Assembly (NCBI GenBank): GCA_965248575.1
Contig: CBDFJQ010000002.1
Span: 2,912,001 to 2,976,000, forward strand
Source of the DNA: Planctomycetota bacterium
GTDB lineage: Bacteria > Planctomycetota > B15-G4
Direction: 5' to 3'
DNA length: 64,000 bases
The stretch's first letter is position 1; the number at the start of each line of letters is the position of its first letter. The notes under the pieces were generated by a model, which did no database searches, was not told where the DNA came from, and saw only the letters and a list, made by a program, of their open reading frames with translations. Shown in pieces: positions 49,970 to 57,757 of the stretch. A program made the translations under genes and the position numbers.

Positions 49970-51457
49970 TCACACGCGCACGTCGCCTGTGAGTCCCGCG
50001 ATCGCCGCTTCGGAACCTGCGAGCAGGGCCGCCACCTCGTCGGCCAGGAACTCATCCACCTGCTCGGCGGCCCGTCCCACGAAGCGCCGGGAGTCGCAGA
50101 GCTCGTCCAGGTCTTCGCGAACCGACTCGAACAAGCTGTCCGTGCGCAGGCGCTCGAGCATGTCGTTGTCCAGGCCCTCGACCTTGACCAAGGCGCCGGC
50201 AGCCACGCTGTGCTTGCGAATCGCCTCGTGCAGGGTCTGTCGATCGCCGCCTCGGCGCACCGCCTCCATCAGGATGGTCTCGGAAGCCATGAACGGTAGC
50301 TCTGAAGCCAGCCGCCGACCAATCACCTTCGGGAAGACCAGGAGACCGCCCGAGATGTTCAGCAACAGCTGGAGGATGGCGTCCGCAGCCAGGAAGGCCT
50401 GAGAGGTCGCCAGCCGCCGGTTCGCCGAATCGTCGAGGGTGCGCTCGAACCACTGGGTGGCCGCCGTCTCCGCCGGGTTCAGCAGCAGGCTCTGCACGAA
50501 GCGCGCCAGGGCACAGACCCGCTCACTGCGCATGGGGTTGCGCTTGTAGGGCATGGCGGAGCTGCCGATCTGGCTCGCCTCATAGGGCTCCTCCACCTCC
50601 TTGAGGTGTGCCAGCAGCCGCAGGTCGGTGGCCATCTTGGACGCGCTCTGCGCCAGCCCTGCCAGGGCCGAGAGCACCGTGAAGTCCGCCTTCCTTGTGT
50701 AGGTCTGGCCGGTGACCGCCCAGCTCTTCGAGAACCCCATTCGCTTGGTGACCATCGCGTCCAACTTGCGCACGGCCTCGTGATCCCCGTCGAACAGAGC
50801 CAGATAGCTGGCCTGCGTTCCCGTCGTGCCTTTCACGCCGCGGAACCGCAAGCCATCCCGAACCGCCTGGAGCGCGTGGGCATCCTCCACCAGATCCTGG
50901 ATCCAGAGGCAGGCCCGCTTGCCCACCGTCGTCGGTTGGGCCGGCTGGAAGTGGGTGAACCCCAGGGTGGGCAGGTCCTTGTGCTTGCGCGCAAACTCAG
51001 ACAGGGACGCAATGGTCGCCAGCAGCATGGGCTGCAGGACATCCAGCCCATCGCGCATCTGCATCAGTTCACTGTTGTCGGTCACGAAGCAGCTCGTGGC
51101 GCCCAGATGAATGATGGGGCGGGCCGCGGGGGCCTGATCCCCAAGGGCGTGGATGTGGGCCATCACGTCATGCCGCAGCTCGCGCTCATAGGCCCCGGCC
51201 GACGTGTAGTCGATGTCGTCCTGGTGGGCGCGCAGCGCCGCAATCTGCTCGTCGGTGATGGCCAGGCCCAGCTCCTTCTCGCTCTCGGCCAGGGCCAGCC
51301 ACAGCCGACGCCAGTGCCGGTGGCGTGTGGCATCGGAAAAGTTCCGACGCATGGCCTCGCTCGCATAGCGCGACGCCAGCGGCGAACTCCAGGTCTCGTG
51401 AGCTTCGTTGACGGCCGCAGCCGAAGGCGAGGGGGTGCTGTCTTGGGTGCTGTTCAT
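49970..51457 (-). CDS. purB: Adenylosuccinate lyase
   Basis: SPLASRYAS, RHDVMAH, IHLGATS, GFTHFQPAQ, GSSAMPYKRNP, WFERTLDDSANRR. Confidence 0.96.
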   Translation of the reverse strand: MNSTQDSTPSPSAAAVNEAHETWSSPLASRYASEAMRRNFSDATRHRHWRRLWLALAESEKELGLAITDEQIAALRAHQDDIDYTSAGAYERELRHDVMAHIHALGDQAPAARPIIHLGATSCFVTDNSELMQMRDGLDVLQPMLLATIASLSEFARKHKDLPTLGFTHFQPAQPTTVGKRACLWIQDLVEDAHALQAVRDGLRFRGVKGTTGTQASYLALFDGDHEAVRKLDAMVTKRMGFSKSWAVTGQTYTRKADFTVLSALAGLAQSASKMATDLRLLAHLKEVEEPYEASQIGSSAMPYKRNPMRSERVCALARFVQSLLLNPAETAATQWFERTLDDSANRRLATSQAFLAADAILQLLLNISGGLLVFPKVIGRRLASELPFMASETILMEAVRRGGDRQTLHEAIRKHSVAAGALVKVEGLDNDMLERLRTDSLFESVREDLDELCDSRRFVGRAAEQVDEFLADEVAALLAGSEAAIAGLTGDVRV

Positions 51458-51497
51458 CGCGGCACGATAGCAGCCCGCCCGGAAGGGCCGAAAGCGG

Positions 51498-51944
51498 TCA
51501 CGCCAAGGTGTCGCCCAAGGCGCTCAGCAAGGCGGCTCCGAGCACCCAAAGCGCCCGCTGCCGACGCCGCTCCCCACCCGCCAACACCCAGGGCAGGCCA
51601 AAGGCCCCGATGGCATTGGTCAACATGTCGATCCAGGAGGAGCTGCGCCCCTCGATGAATCCCTGGCGCCATTCGAGCACCCCCGAATAGGCGAGGGCCA
51701 GAATCGAAGCCATGACGGGAACACCCGCTTGACCCAGGCGCCCCGCCGGCCGCAGCACCCACCCCCACAGCAGGGCTTCCAGCGCGAAGATCACGGCATG
51801 CCCCAGGTTGAAGACGAAGCTGCTGCCGGGGAACAGGGGCGCCGTATCGCTGCGGGTGGACGTCAGGGCCCACCAGATCACGGCGCTCCAGGCGAGCAGG
51901 ATGGCGAGCCGCAACCCCCACCGTGCCTGGCCCGACTCCCCCAT
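51498..51944 (-). CDS. VanZ-family membrane protein
   Basis: NLGHAVIF, YSGVLEWRQGFIEGRSSSWIDMLTNAIG. Confidence 0.82.
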   Translation of the reverse strand: MGESGQARWGLRLAILLAWSAVIWWALTSTRSDTAPLFPGSSFVFNLGHAVIFALEALLWGWVLRPAGRLGQAGVPVMASILALAYSGVLEWRQGFIEGRSSSWIDMLTNAIGAFGLPWVLAGGERRRQRALWVLGAALLSALGDTLA

Positions 51945-51958
51945 GCCCCGCTTGTCGC

Positions 51959-52381
51959 TCAGAGCTCCAGGTCCAGCCGACGCATCATGGAGACCCGGGT
52001 GCCGCCGTCAGGGTAGGACTTCACCTTCACGTAGTGCATGAGCTTGTTCATGAGGGCAAAGCCCCGCCCACGCTCCGCCGTCTGGGCCGGAACGATGTCC
52101 GTGCCCAGCGGGGATCGATCCGATCCGCTGTCGCGCAACGACACGAGAATGAAGCGGGGCGTGTAACGCATCTTCACGCTGACCGTTCCATTCTGGAGCC
52201 CCAAGCCATGCTCCACGGCGTTGTCGAGGGCTTCGGAGAACGCGAGCACCACGGCTCGTTCCACGGTCTCATCAATGTTGCGGTCGCGCAGGAAGGAAGA
52301 GAGGGCACCACGCAATCCACGCACCGGTTCAGGGCTGCCGTCCACCACCATGGTTCGATGCATGGACGAGCCGTCGCTCAT
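51959..52381 (-). CDS. RsbW/SpoIIAB-like anti-sigma factor kinase (HATPase_c_2)
   Basis: LAFSEALDNAVEHG (N box), RDSG, ERGRGFALM, GGTRV. Confidence 0.85.
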   Translation of the reverse strand: MSDGSSMHRTMVVDGSPEPVRGLRGALSSFLRDRNIDETVERAVVLAFSEALDNAVEHGLGLQNGTVSVKMRYTPRFILVSLRDSGSDRSPLGTDIVPAQTAERGRGFALMNKLMHYVKVKSYPDGGTRVSMMRRLDLEL

Positions 52382-53250
52382 GCTGCATCCGCCTCGAGCA
52401 ACATGGAGAGATCGAGGGCGGGGGCCGAGTGGGTCAGGGCTCCGACTGAAATGCGGTCCACGCCCGTGGCCGCCACCTGTGCCACGTTCTCAAGTGTGAT
52501 ACCACCGCTCGCCTCCAGCTCGAACTGGGCGCGGCGGGGATGCTCACCGAGCACCCGCACGGCTTCCACCAATTGAGCACAGCTGAAGTTGTCCAGGAGG
52601 ATGGCGTCCGCCCCGCCGTGCGCTTCGGCGACGGCTTCGGCCAGATCCCGCGCCTCGGCGGTGAGGCGCATGCCTGCTGGTGCCTCCTTGCGCACGCGGG
52701 CCACGAGCTCCTGGTGGCTCAGGCCGTCGGACATCTCGAAGTGGTTCTCTTTCAGCAGGACCTCGTCGTAAAGACCGATGCGATGGTTCACGCCCCCACC
52801 GTGCAGGACGGCATCCTTCTCCAGCGAGCGCCAGCCGGGTGTCGTCTTGCGGGTGTCCACGATGCGCGCCCGGGTCCCGTCGGCCTGCTGCACGAATTGG
52901 AATGTGAGGGTGGCCACACCGGAGAGACGGCCCAGGAAGTTGAGGGCCGTGCGCTCCGCTTCCAACAGGGAGGCAGATGGGCCGCTCGCCTCCAGGACGA
53001 GGTCCCCCGGCTGCACCACGTCGCCGTCCTTCTTCAGCAAGGTGCATGTGACCGAAGCATCCACCCGCGCAAAGACCTCCCGAGCCAGCTCGACACCCGA
53101 GAGCACGCCGGTGGCCTTGGCCACCACGCGAGCACGCGCAGGGGGTCCGCGACCGCTCACCGTGAGCGCCGTGGTGACATCACCCGTGTCAGCGAGGTCC
53201 TCCAGCAAGGCAGCACTGAGCAGTTCGGAAACAGAGCGAGGGAGAGGCAT
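52378..53250 (-). CDS. nadC: Quinolinate phosphoribosyltransferase
   Basis: ALLED...GDVTT, ERTALNFL, DTRKTTPG, NHRIGL.D..LLKENH, LLDNF, EASGGI, SVGALTHSA. Confidence 0.96.
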   Translation of the reverse strand: MPLPRSVSELLSAALLEDLADTGDVTTALTVSGRGPPARARVVAKATGVLSGVELAREVFARVDASVTCTLLKKDGDVVQPGDLVLEASGPSASLLEAERTALNFLGRLSGVATLTFQFVQQADGTRARIVDTRKTTPGWRSLEKDAVLHGGGVNHRIGLYDEVLLKENHFEMSDGLSHQELVARVRKEAPAGMRLTAEARDLAEAVAEAHGGADAILLDNFSCAQLVEAVRVLGEHPRRAQFELEASGGITLENVAQVAATGVDRISVGALTHSAPALDLSMLLEADAA

Positions 53251-53393
53251 GAAGAAGCGGCTGTCCGAGGTGGGAACTGAACTGAAGAGGAGATAAGGCA
53301 GGGGCCTGACGAGGCGCCGAGGGCTGTCGGCGCATCGAGCTGGAGCCTCCGGCGCAGCGCGCCGGCCCAAGATGCTATCGCAGCGCGTTTTTC

Positions 53394-53798
53394 TCAGCGA
53401 GAACGCATCTGCTCCCATCGTGAGAGCAGGCTGGGGCCGACCCCCCTCACCGCCGCCGCGGCCTCCCTGTCCAGGACGCCTCCCGCAGCCACTCGGGCGG
53501 CCTCCAGGCGCACGGCCAGCACGGGGCCGACGCCGGGCAAGAGCCGGAAGCCCGGCCCCTGGAGCTCCTCCAGCCGGAGCTCCAGGGGCACCCCCACCTC
53601 CCGGGCGGAAAGCCGTTCCGAGGGTCCCCAAGCGTGCAGGACCAGGGCGACGAACCCGAGCACGAAGACCCCTCTGCCCGGATCGCCGGCACGACTGCCG
53701 CCCCAACTCCCGGATCGGCTCATCGTCGGGCTCATGCCTGCATGACGGCCGCAAGCCGCAGCCGTCACCTCGACGCTCGCAGCCCAGCTCCCGGGCAC
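53394..53798 (-). CDS. ComEA-like helix-hairpin-helix protein
   Basis: One TM helix, then LLPGVGPVLA and VRGVGP HhH motifs. Start uncertain. Confidence 0.65.
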   Translation of the reverse strand: MPGSWAASVEVTAAACGRHAGMSPTMSRSGSWGGSRAGDPGRGVFVLGFVALVLHAWGPSERLSAREVGVPLELRLEELQGPGFRLLPGVGPVLAVRLEAARVAAGGVLDREAAAAVRGVGPSLLSRWEQMRSR

Positions 53799-53815
53799 AG
53801 CCCGAGCAGGGGCCT

Positions 53816-54793
53816 CTAGAGCGCTTCGTCCAAACCCTGGAAGTACTTGTCGAACAAAGCGTTGAGCGCGTGGTTCAGGCTCAGCTCGTCCGTGACGGAG
53901 TAGTCGGCCTCGGGCCCGTCGGCACCGTCCAGCTGCAGCATGACCGAGGTCGTGCCCTGCTCGTGCCGCAGGGTGGCCAGCGGACTGCCGTCCACGAGAA
54001 ACACCACCTCATCCCCATCGTCCTGCTCGGAGACCTGCTCGGAGAGGCACACGATGGACAGCCGCGCCCGGTCCATGAGCACATCCCAGTCGAGCGCCTC
54101 AGCCGCGCTGGGCTCCAGATCGAGACCCTGGTGGCCATCCGCCTCCTGATCGGCACCGACTGACCTCCTGCCGCTCACCCGATCCGTCAGCCTTGGGCTT
54201 GGGCCAGGGGGTGATGCCGTGCGGCCCGCCCCCCCGTCAGGCAGCAGACCCGGAAGCGGTGCGAGGTGCAGGATCAACTCCCCCTCGGGCGTGGGAACGA
54301 GCCGGTACTCCTGGGCTGCCACGGACACACCACCTGCCAAGAGTCCGAGCAGCGCCGGCATTTCATCCGAGAATCGTTCGGCGAGGAGCAGGACGTGTGG
54401 GGGGCGCTCGCTGTTGAGCCCGCCCGACACAAAGGCCCTGTCGAGCAAGCCTGCGCCCCGTCGGAAGGCCGCGAGAACCTGACCCACCCGTCCCAGTTCC
54501 GCCGGCTGGCGATGGCCGAGACTGCCACAGAAGAGCACCAGACAGGCCGTACCCAGCTCGTCACACGCCAGGAGTTCGACGCCCAGGGAAGACTCCAGGG
54601 GCAGGTGGGTGTCCAAGACGCGCCAGGGCGGCTGCCCCACACCGGCCAGAGCCTGCGCCAGCGTCGCCTCGCCCTCGGCCAGGAGCTGCACCGCCTCCTC
54701 GAAAGGCGAAGCGCCGCCTACGTGGCCCCCTTCCCCGGCGTTTCGTAAAACAACCGAGCGGTTTTGATCCCCTGCGTTGGTTTCGTCAACCAT
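53816..54793 (-). CDS. Hypothetical protein, possibly a degenerate NucS/DUF91-like plus DUF5655-like fusion
   Basis: VELLACDELGTACLV...PPHVLLLAERFS...EYRLV; C-terminal RLSIVCLSEQVSE...VVFLVDGSPLATL. Start uncertain. Confidence 0.55.
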   Translation of the reverse strand: MVDETNAGDQNRSVVLRNAGEGGHVGGASPFEEAVQLLAEGEATLAQALAGVGQPPWRVLDTHLPLESSLGVELLACDELGTACLVLFCGSLGHRQPAELGRVGQVLAAFRRGAGLLDRAFVSGGLNSERPPHVLLLAERFSDEMPALLGLLAGGVSVAAQEYRLVPTPEGELILHLAPLPGLLPDGGAGRTASPPGPSPRLTDRVSGRRSVGADQEADGHQGLDLEPSAAEALDWDVLMDRARLSIVCLSEQVSEQDDGDEVVFLVDGSPLATLRHEQGTTSVMLQLDGADGPEADYSVTDELSLNHALNALFDKYFQGLDEAL

Positions 54794-55936
54794 ATGCCCG
54801 ACCTCCTCGCCGAGCTCCGAGCCACCTTTCCCGTGAGGGACCATTGGCTCTACTTCAATCACGCTGCTGTATCACCGTTGTCGAGCCCGGTGGCGAAGGC
54901 CATGCAGGACTTCAGCCGGGATGCCCTGGAGAACGGTTCAGCTCGTTTCCAGGGTTGGTTGGACCGACGTGAATCGGCCCGAACCCAGGCAGCTCACCTG
55001 CTAGGTGGCGCGAAACCCGAGGAAGTGGCCCTGACAACGAGCACCTCTCAAGGGCTCCTTACGGTGGCCGAAGGCCTCCGCATGGCACCAGGAGACGAGA
55101 TCCTGGTGGTCGAGGATGACTTTCCTGCAAATCAAATTCCATGGTTCCGTCAGCGGCGCCGAGGAGCCGAGGTCGTCACGGTCCCCCGCCGGGACGGCCG
55201 GATCCTGACCCAGGACATCCTGGATCGCCTCGGACCCCGTACGCGCCTGGTGTCCCTGCCCTTCGTGCTGTTCGATTCAGGCCAGCGGCTGGACATCGAA
55301 GCCGTCGGCGAGGCGCTCAAGGACCACCCCGCCCTGCTCTGCGTGGACGCGATCCAGGGCCTGGGGGCCTTTCCCCTGGACGTGGAGCGTGCCCAGATCG
55401 ACTTCCTGTCCGCCGACTCCCACAAGTGGATGCTCGGCCTGGAGGGCATCGGGCTCTTCTACTGCCGCCGGGAGCGCCTCGAGGAGCTGGACGAACCCTT
55501 CCAGAGCTGGCTCAGCGTCCAGGACCCCTTCACGCGCTGGTCGCCTGGCAAACCCCGGGTGCAGGATGCCCGGCGCTTCGAGTTCGCCACCCTGCCCACC
55601 ATCGCCATCTTCGGCCTCGACGCCTGTCTGAACCAGTTGCTGAGGACAGGCGTGGATCTCATGGCGTCCCGCATCCTCGAGCTCACCGACCAGCTGGTGG
55701 AGGGTCTTTCGGAACGGGGCTGGAGCATCCGCAGCCCCCGCCAGCTGGACGCCGAGAAGTCCGGCATCGTCTCCGCCACGCCTCCGCTTGGCACTCCGGA
55801 GGAGGCGGTCGCTGCCCTCGAGGCCCAGATGGTGAGCGTGGCGGCGCGCGGTGGCGGGGTGCGCTTCTCGCCCCATGCGTGGAACACGTCCGCCGAGGTG
55901 CTGTCCCTCATGGAGCGGCTGCCATGCCCTGGCTGA
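54794..55936 (+). CDS. PLP-dependent aminotransferase class V (C-S lyase-like)
   Basis: YFNHAAVSP, DFPAN, VDAIQ, DSHKWMLG, VRFSPH. No desulfurase catalytic-Cys loop seen. Confidence 0.9.
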   Translation: MPDLLAELRATFPVRDHWLYFNHAAVSPLSSPVAKAMQDFSRDALENGSARFQGWLDRRESARTQAAHLLGGAKPEEVALTTSTSQGLLTVAEGLRMAPGDEILVVEDDFPANQIPWFRQRRRGAEVVTVPRRDGRILTQDILDRLGPRTRLVSLPFVLFDSGQRLDIEAVGEALKDHPALLCVDAIQGLGAFPLDVERAQIDFLSADSHKWMLGLEGIGLFYCRRERLEELDEPFQSWLSVQDPFTRWSPGKPRVQDARRFEFATLPTIAIFGLDACLNQLLRTGVDLMASRILELTDQLVEGLSERGWSIRSPRQLDAEKSGIVSATPPLGTPEEAVAALEAQMVSVAARGGGVRFSPHAWNTSAEVLSLMERLPCPG

Positions 55937-56706
55937 TTCTGGCGGGCATGGGCCTGGCGGGCGCGGCGCTCTGGCGCTGGCTCGGGTCCGAGGGCCTGGA
56001 GCCGCTGCGCGAGGACGAGACGAGCCGTTACGGCGTGACCCTGTTCTTCGCCATGATGGTCCTGTCCAACGTGGCGGGCGCCCTCAGCCTGGTCTCCGCC
56101 GGTGGTGCAGAGGGCCTGCGCAGCGCGCCCCTGGAAGATGTGATCAGCGTGCACGCCCTGACCACCGGCCTGTCGGTGCTCTTCGTGTTGGCCGTGGCGA
56201 GTCGCTTCGCGATCCCTCAGAGCAGCCTTGGCTTGCGCCCCCATGTCGGCCCGCCAGCGCCCGCCCTGGCCGCCGCCGCCTGGCTGATGGTCTTCCCCTT
56301 CCTGAGCCTGGCCTCGCTCATCAACCAGTCGCTGATGAACTCGGACTCCGAAGCCCTTCAGGAGTACGTGCTGCGCTTCATGGGAGAGGACGGCGCAGCG
56401 CAGCAACCCGTGGTCTGGGTCTGCATCGTGGTGGCCATTCCCATCGCCGAGGAGATCATCTTCCGAGGCGCCTTCTACGGCGGCCTGCGACGGCTGGTCC
56501 CGCCGGGGGTCGCCATGCTGCTCTCCGGCCTGCTGTTCGGTGTGCTGCACGACGGCGCGGCCGTGCTGCCCGTGGCACTGCTGGGTGTGACCCTGGCCTG
56601 GCTCTACGAACGTACAGGCAGTCTGCTGACCCCCTGCCTCGTTCATTGCCTGCACAATGGGGTCACGCTGCTCATCGCCAGCCAGAACGTGGAGACCGTG
56701 CTCTGA
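55924..56706 (+). CDS. CPBP (Abi/CAAX) intramembrane metalloprotease
   Basis: PIAEEIIFRG, FGVLH, YERTGSL, HCLHN. Confidence 0.9.
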   Translation: MPWLILAGMGLAGAALWRWLGSEGLEPLREDETSRYGVTLFFAMMVLSNVAGALSLVSAGGAEGLRSAPLEDVISVHALTTGLSVLFVLAVASRFAIPQSSLGLRPHVGPPAPALAAAAWLMVFPFLSLASLINQSLMNSDSEALQEYVLRFMGEDGAAQQPVVWVCIVVAIPIAEEIIFRGAFYGGLRRLVPPGVAMLLSGLLFGVLHDGAAVLPVALLGVTLAWLYERTGSLLTPCLVHCLHNGVTLLIASQNVETVL

Positions 56707-57260
56707 TGACACCGGCCGACGACACCGCCCCCCACCACCCCCTCCCCCATGCCCCGCATCTGTTGCCGCGCCCAGCTTCCGGGGGCGAAGCCCTGGTGGC
56801 GCACAACGCCGTAGTGATGGGGGACGTCGAACTCGGGCAAGGCGTGGGCATCTGGTACGGCTGCGTCGTCCGTGGAGATTGTGCTCGCATCGCCGTCGGT
56901 GAGTTCAGCAACGTCCAGGACCTCTCCATGCTTCACGCGGACACGGGGATCCCCAACGAGATCGGTGCCCACGTGACCATCGGCCATGGCGCCGTAGTGC
57001 ATGGACGGCGCGTGGGCGACCTCTGCTTGATCGGCATCGGCGCCATCGTCCTCGGCCGCTCGGAGATCGGTGACGGATGCATCATCGCCGCCGGGACCGT
57101 GGTGAAGGAGGGCGCCATCATCCCTCCCCGGTCCCTCGTGGCCGGCGTGCCCGGCAAGGTCGTCCGCAGCGTGAGCGAGGACGAAGTGCGGGGGCTCAGA
57201 GAGCACGCCCTGTACTATTGGGAGCTGGCCCAGGGCCACCGCCGGCCCCCAGCAGGCTGA
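56706..57260 (+). CDS. Gamma carbonic anhydrase family protein
   Basis: GDV.LG..V.IWYG.VVRGD, NVQD..MLH, TIGH.AVVHG, SLVAGVPGK. Confidence 0.92.
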   Translation: MTPADDTAPHHPLPHAPHLLPRPASGGEALVAHNAVVMGDVELGQGVGIWYGCVVRGDCARIAVGEFSNVQDLSMLHADTGIPNEIGAHVTIGHGAVVHGRRVGDLCLIGIGAIVLGRSEIGDGCIIAAGTVVKEGAIIPPRSLVAGVPGKVVRSVSEDEVRGLREHALYYWELAQGHRRPPAG

Positions 57261-57562
57261 GGGAACTCGCCTCGGTGCTCACGGGCGGCTCCAAGGGGCT
57301 CAAGGGTCCCGAGCGGCCCGGACGATGAGAGCAGGGCGTTCTCACGGGACCTCGACAGCAACCTGGGCAGGATGCGCCGGTTTGGACCTCTTCCGCAGTG
57401 TGGCGGGGGTCCCCAGCCCGAGGCGGGCTAGGGAATGGGCCGGACTTGCTCAGGAACCACACAGGAACAGGCCATGCCATGCCGACAAGCCGATCTCGCG
57501 CAGGCGATCGCTATGATCACGCCCCACGGCGGCAAGCCGGTGAACTCCAGAACCGCAGGAGA

Positions 57563-57661
57563 TCAGGTCTTGATGTGTGCGCGCTTCCGCTTGCGAGCCT
57601 TCGCGTTGGCTGGGCGCGAGCCGTGATTGGCCTTTTTGACTTTTCTACCTGGCTTGGCCAT
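57563..57661 (-). CDS. Small basic protein, bL37-like 50S ribosomal protein (32 aa)
   Basis: MAKPGRKVKKANHGSRPANAKARKRKRAHIKT. GGAGG RBS. The KANHGxRP motif is shared with mycobacterial bL37. Confidence 0.8.
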   Translation of the reverse strand: MAKPGRKVKKANHGSRPANAKARKRKRAHIKT

Positions 57662-57724
57662 GACGACCTCCGCTTTGGAGCGTGCGGCGCGCCAAGTCTT
57701 GGCGCTGCCGCGGGGAAAGCCGGG

Positions 57725-57752
57725 CATCTTAGCGATGAAGGCCCGCTTGCCA
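57725..57752 (-). promoter_or_regulatory. Candidate sigma70 promoter for the bL37-like gene
   Basis: Minus strand TTGGCA-N16-TAAGAT. Confidence 0.45.
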
Positions 57753-57757
57753 ACAGG

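Noticed and set aside
54794..55936. Cysteine desulfurase or selenocysteine lyase linked to the selenoprotein
   Set aside because: The C-terminal catalytic Cys loop (RxGxHC or GSAC) is absent, and the gene is ~35 kb away.
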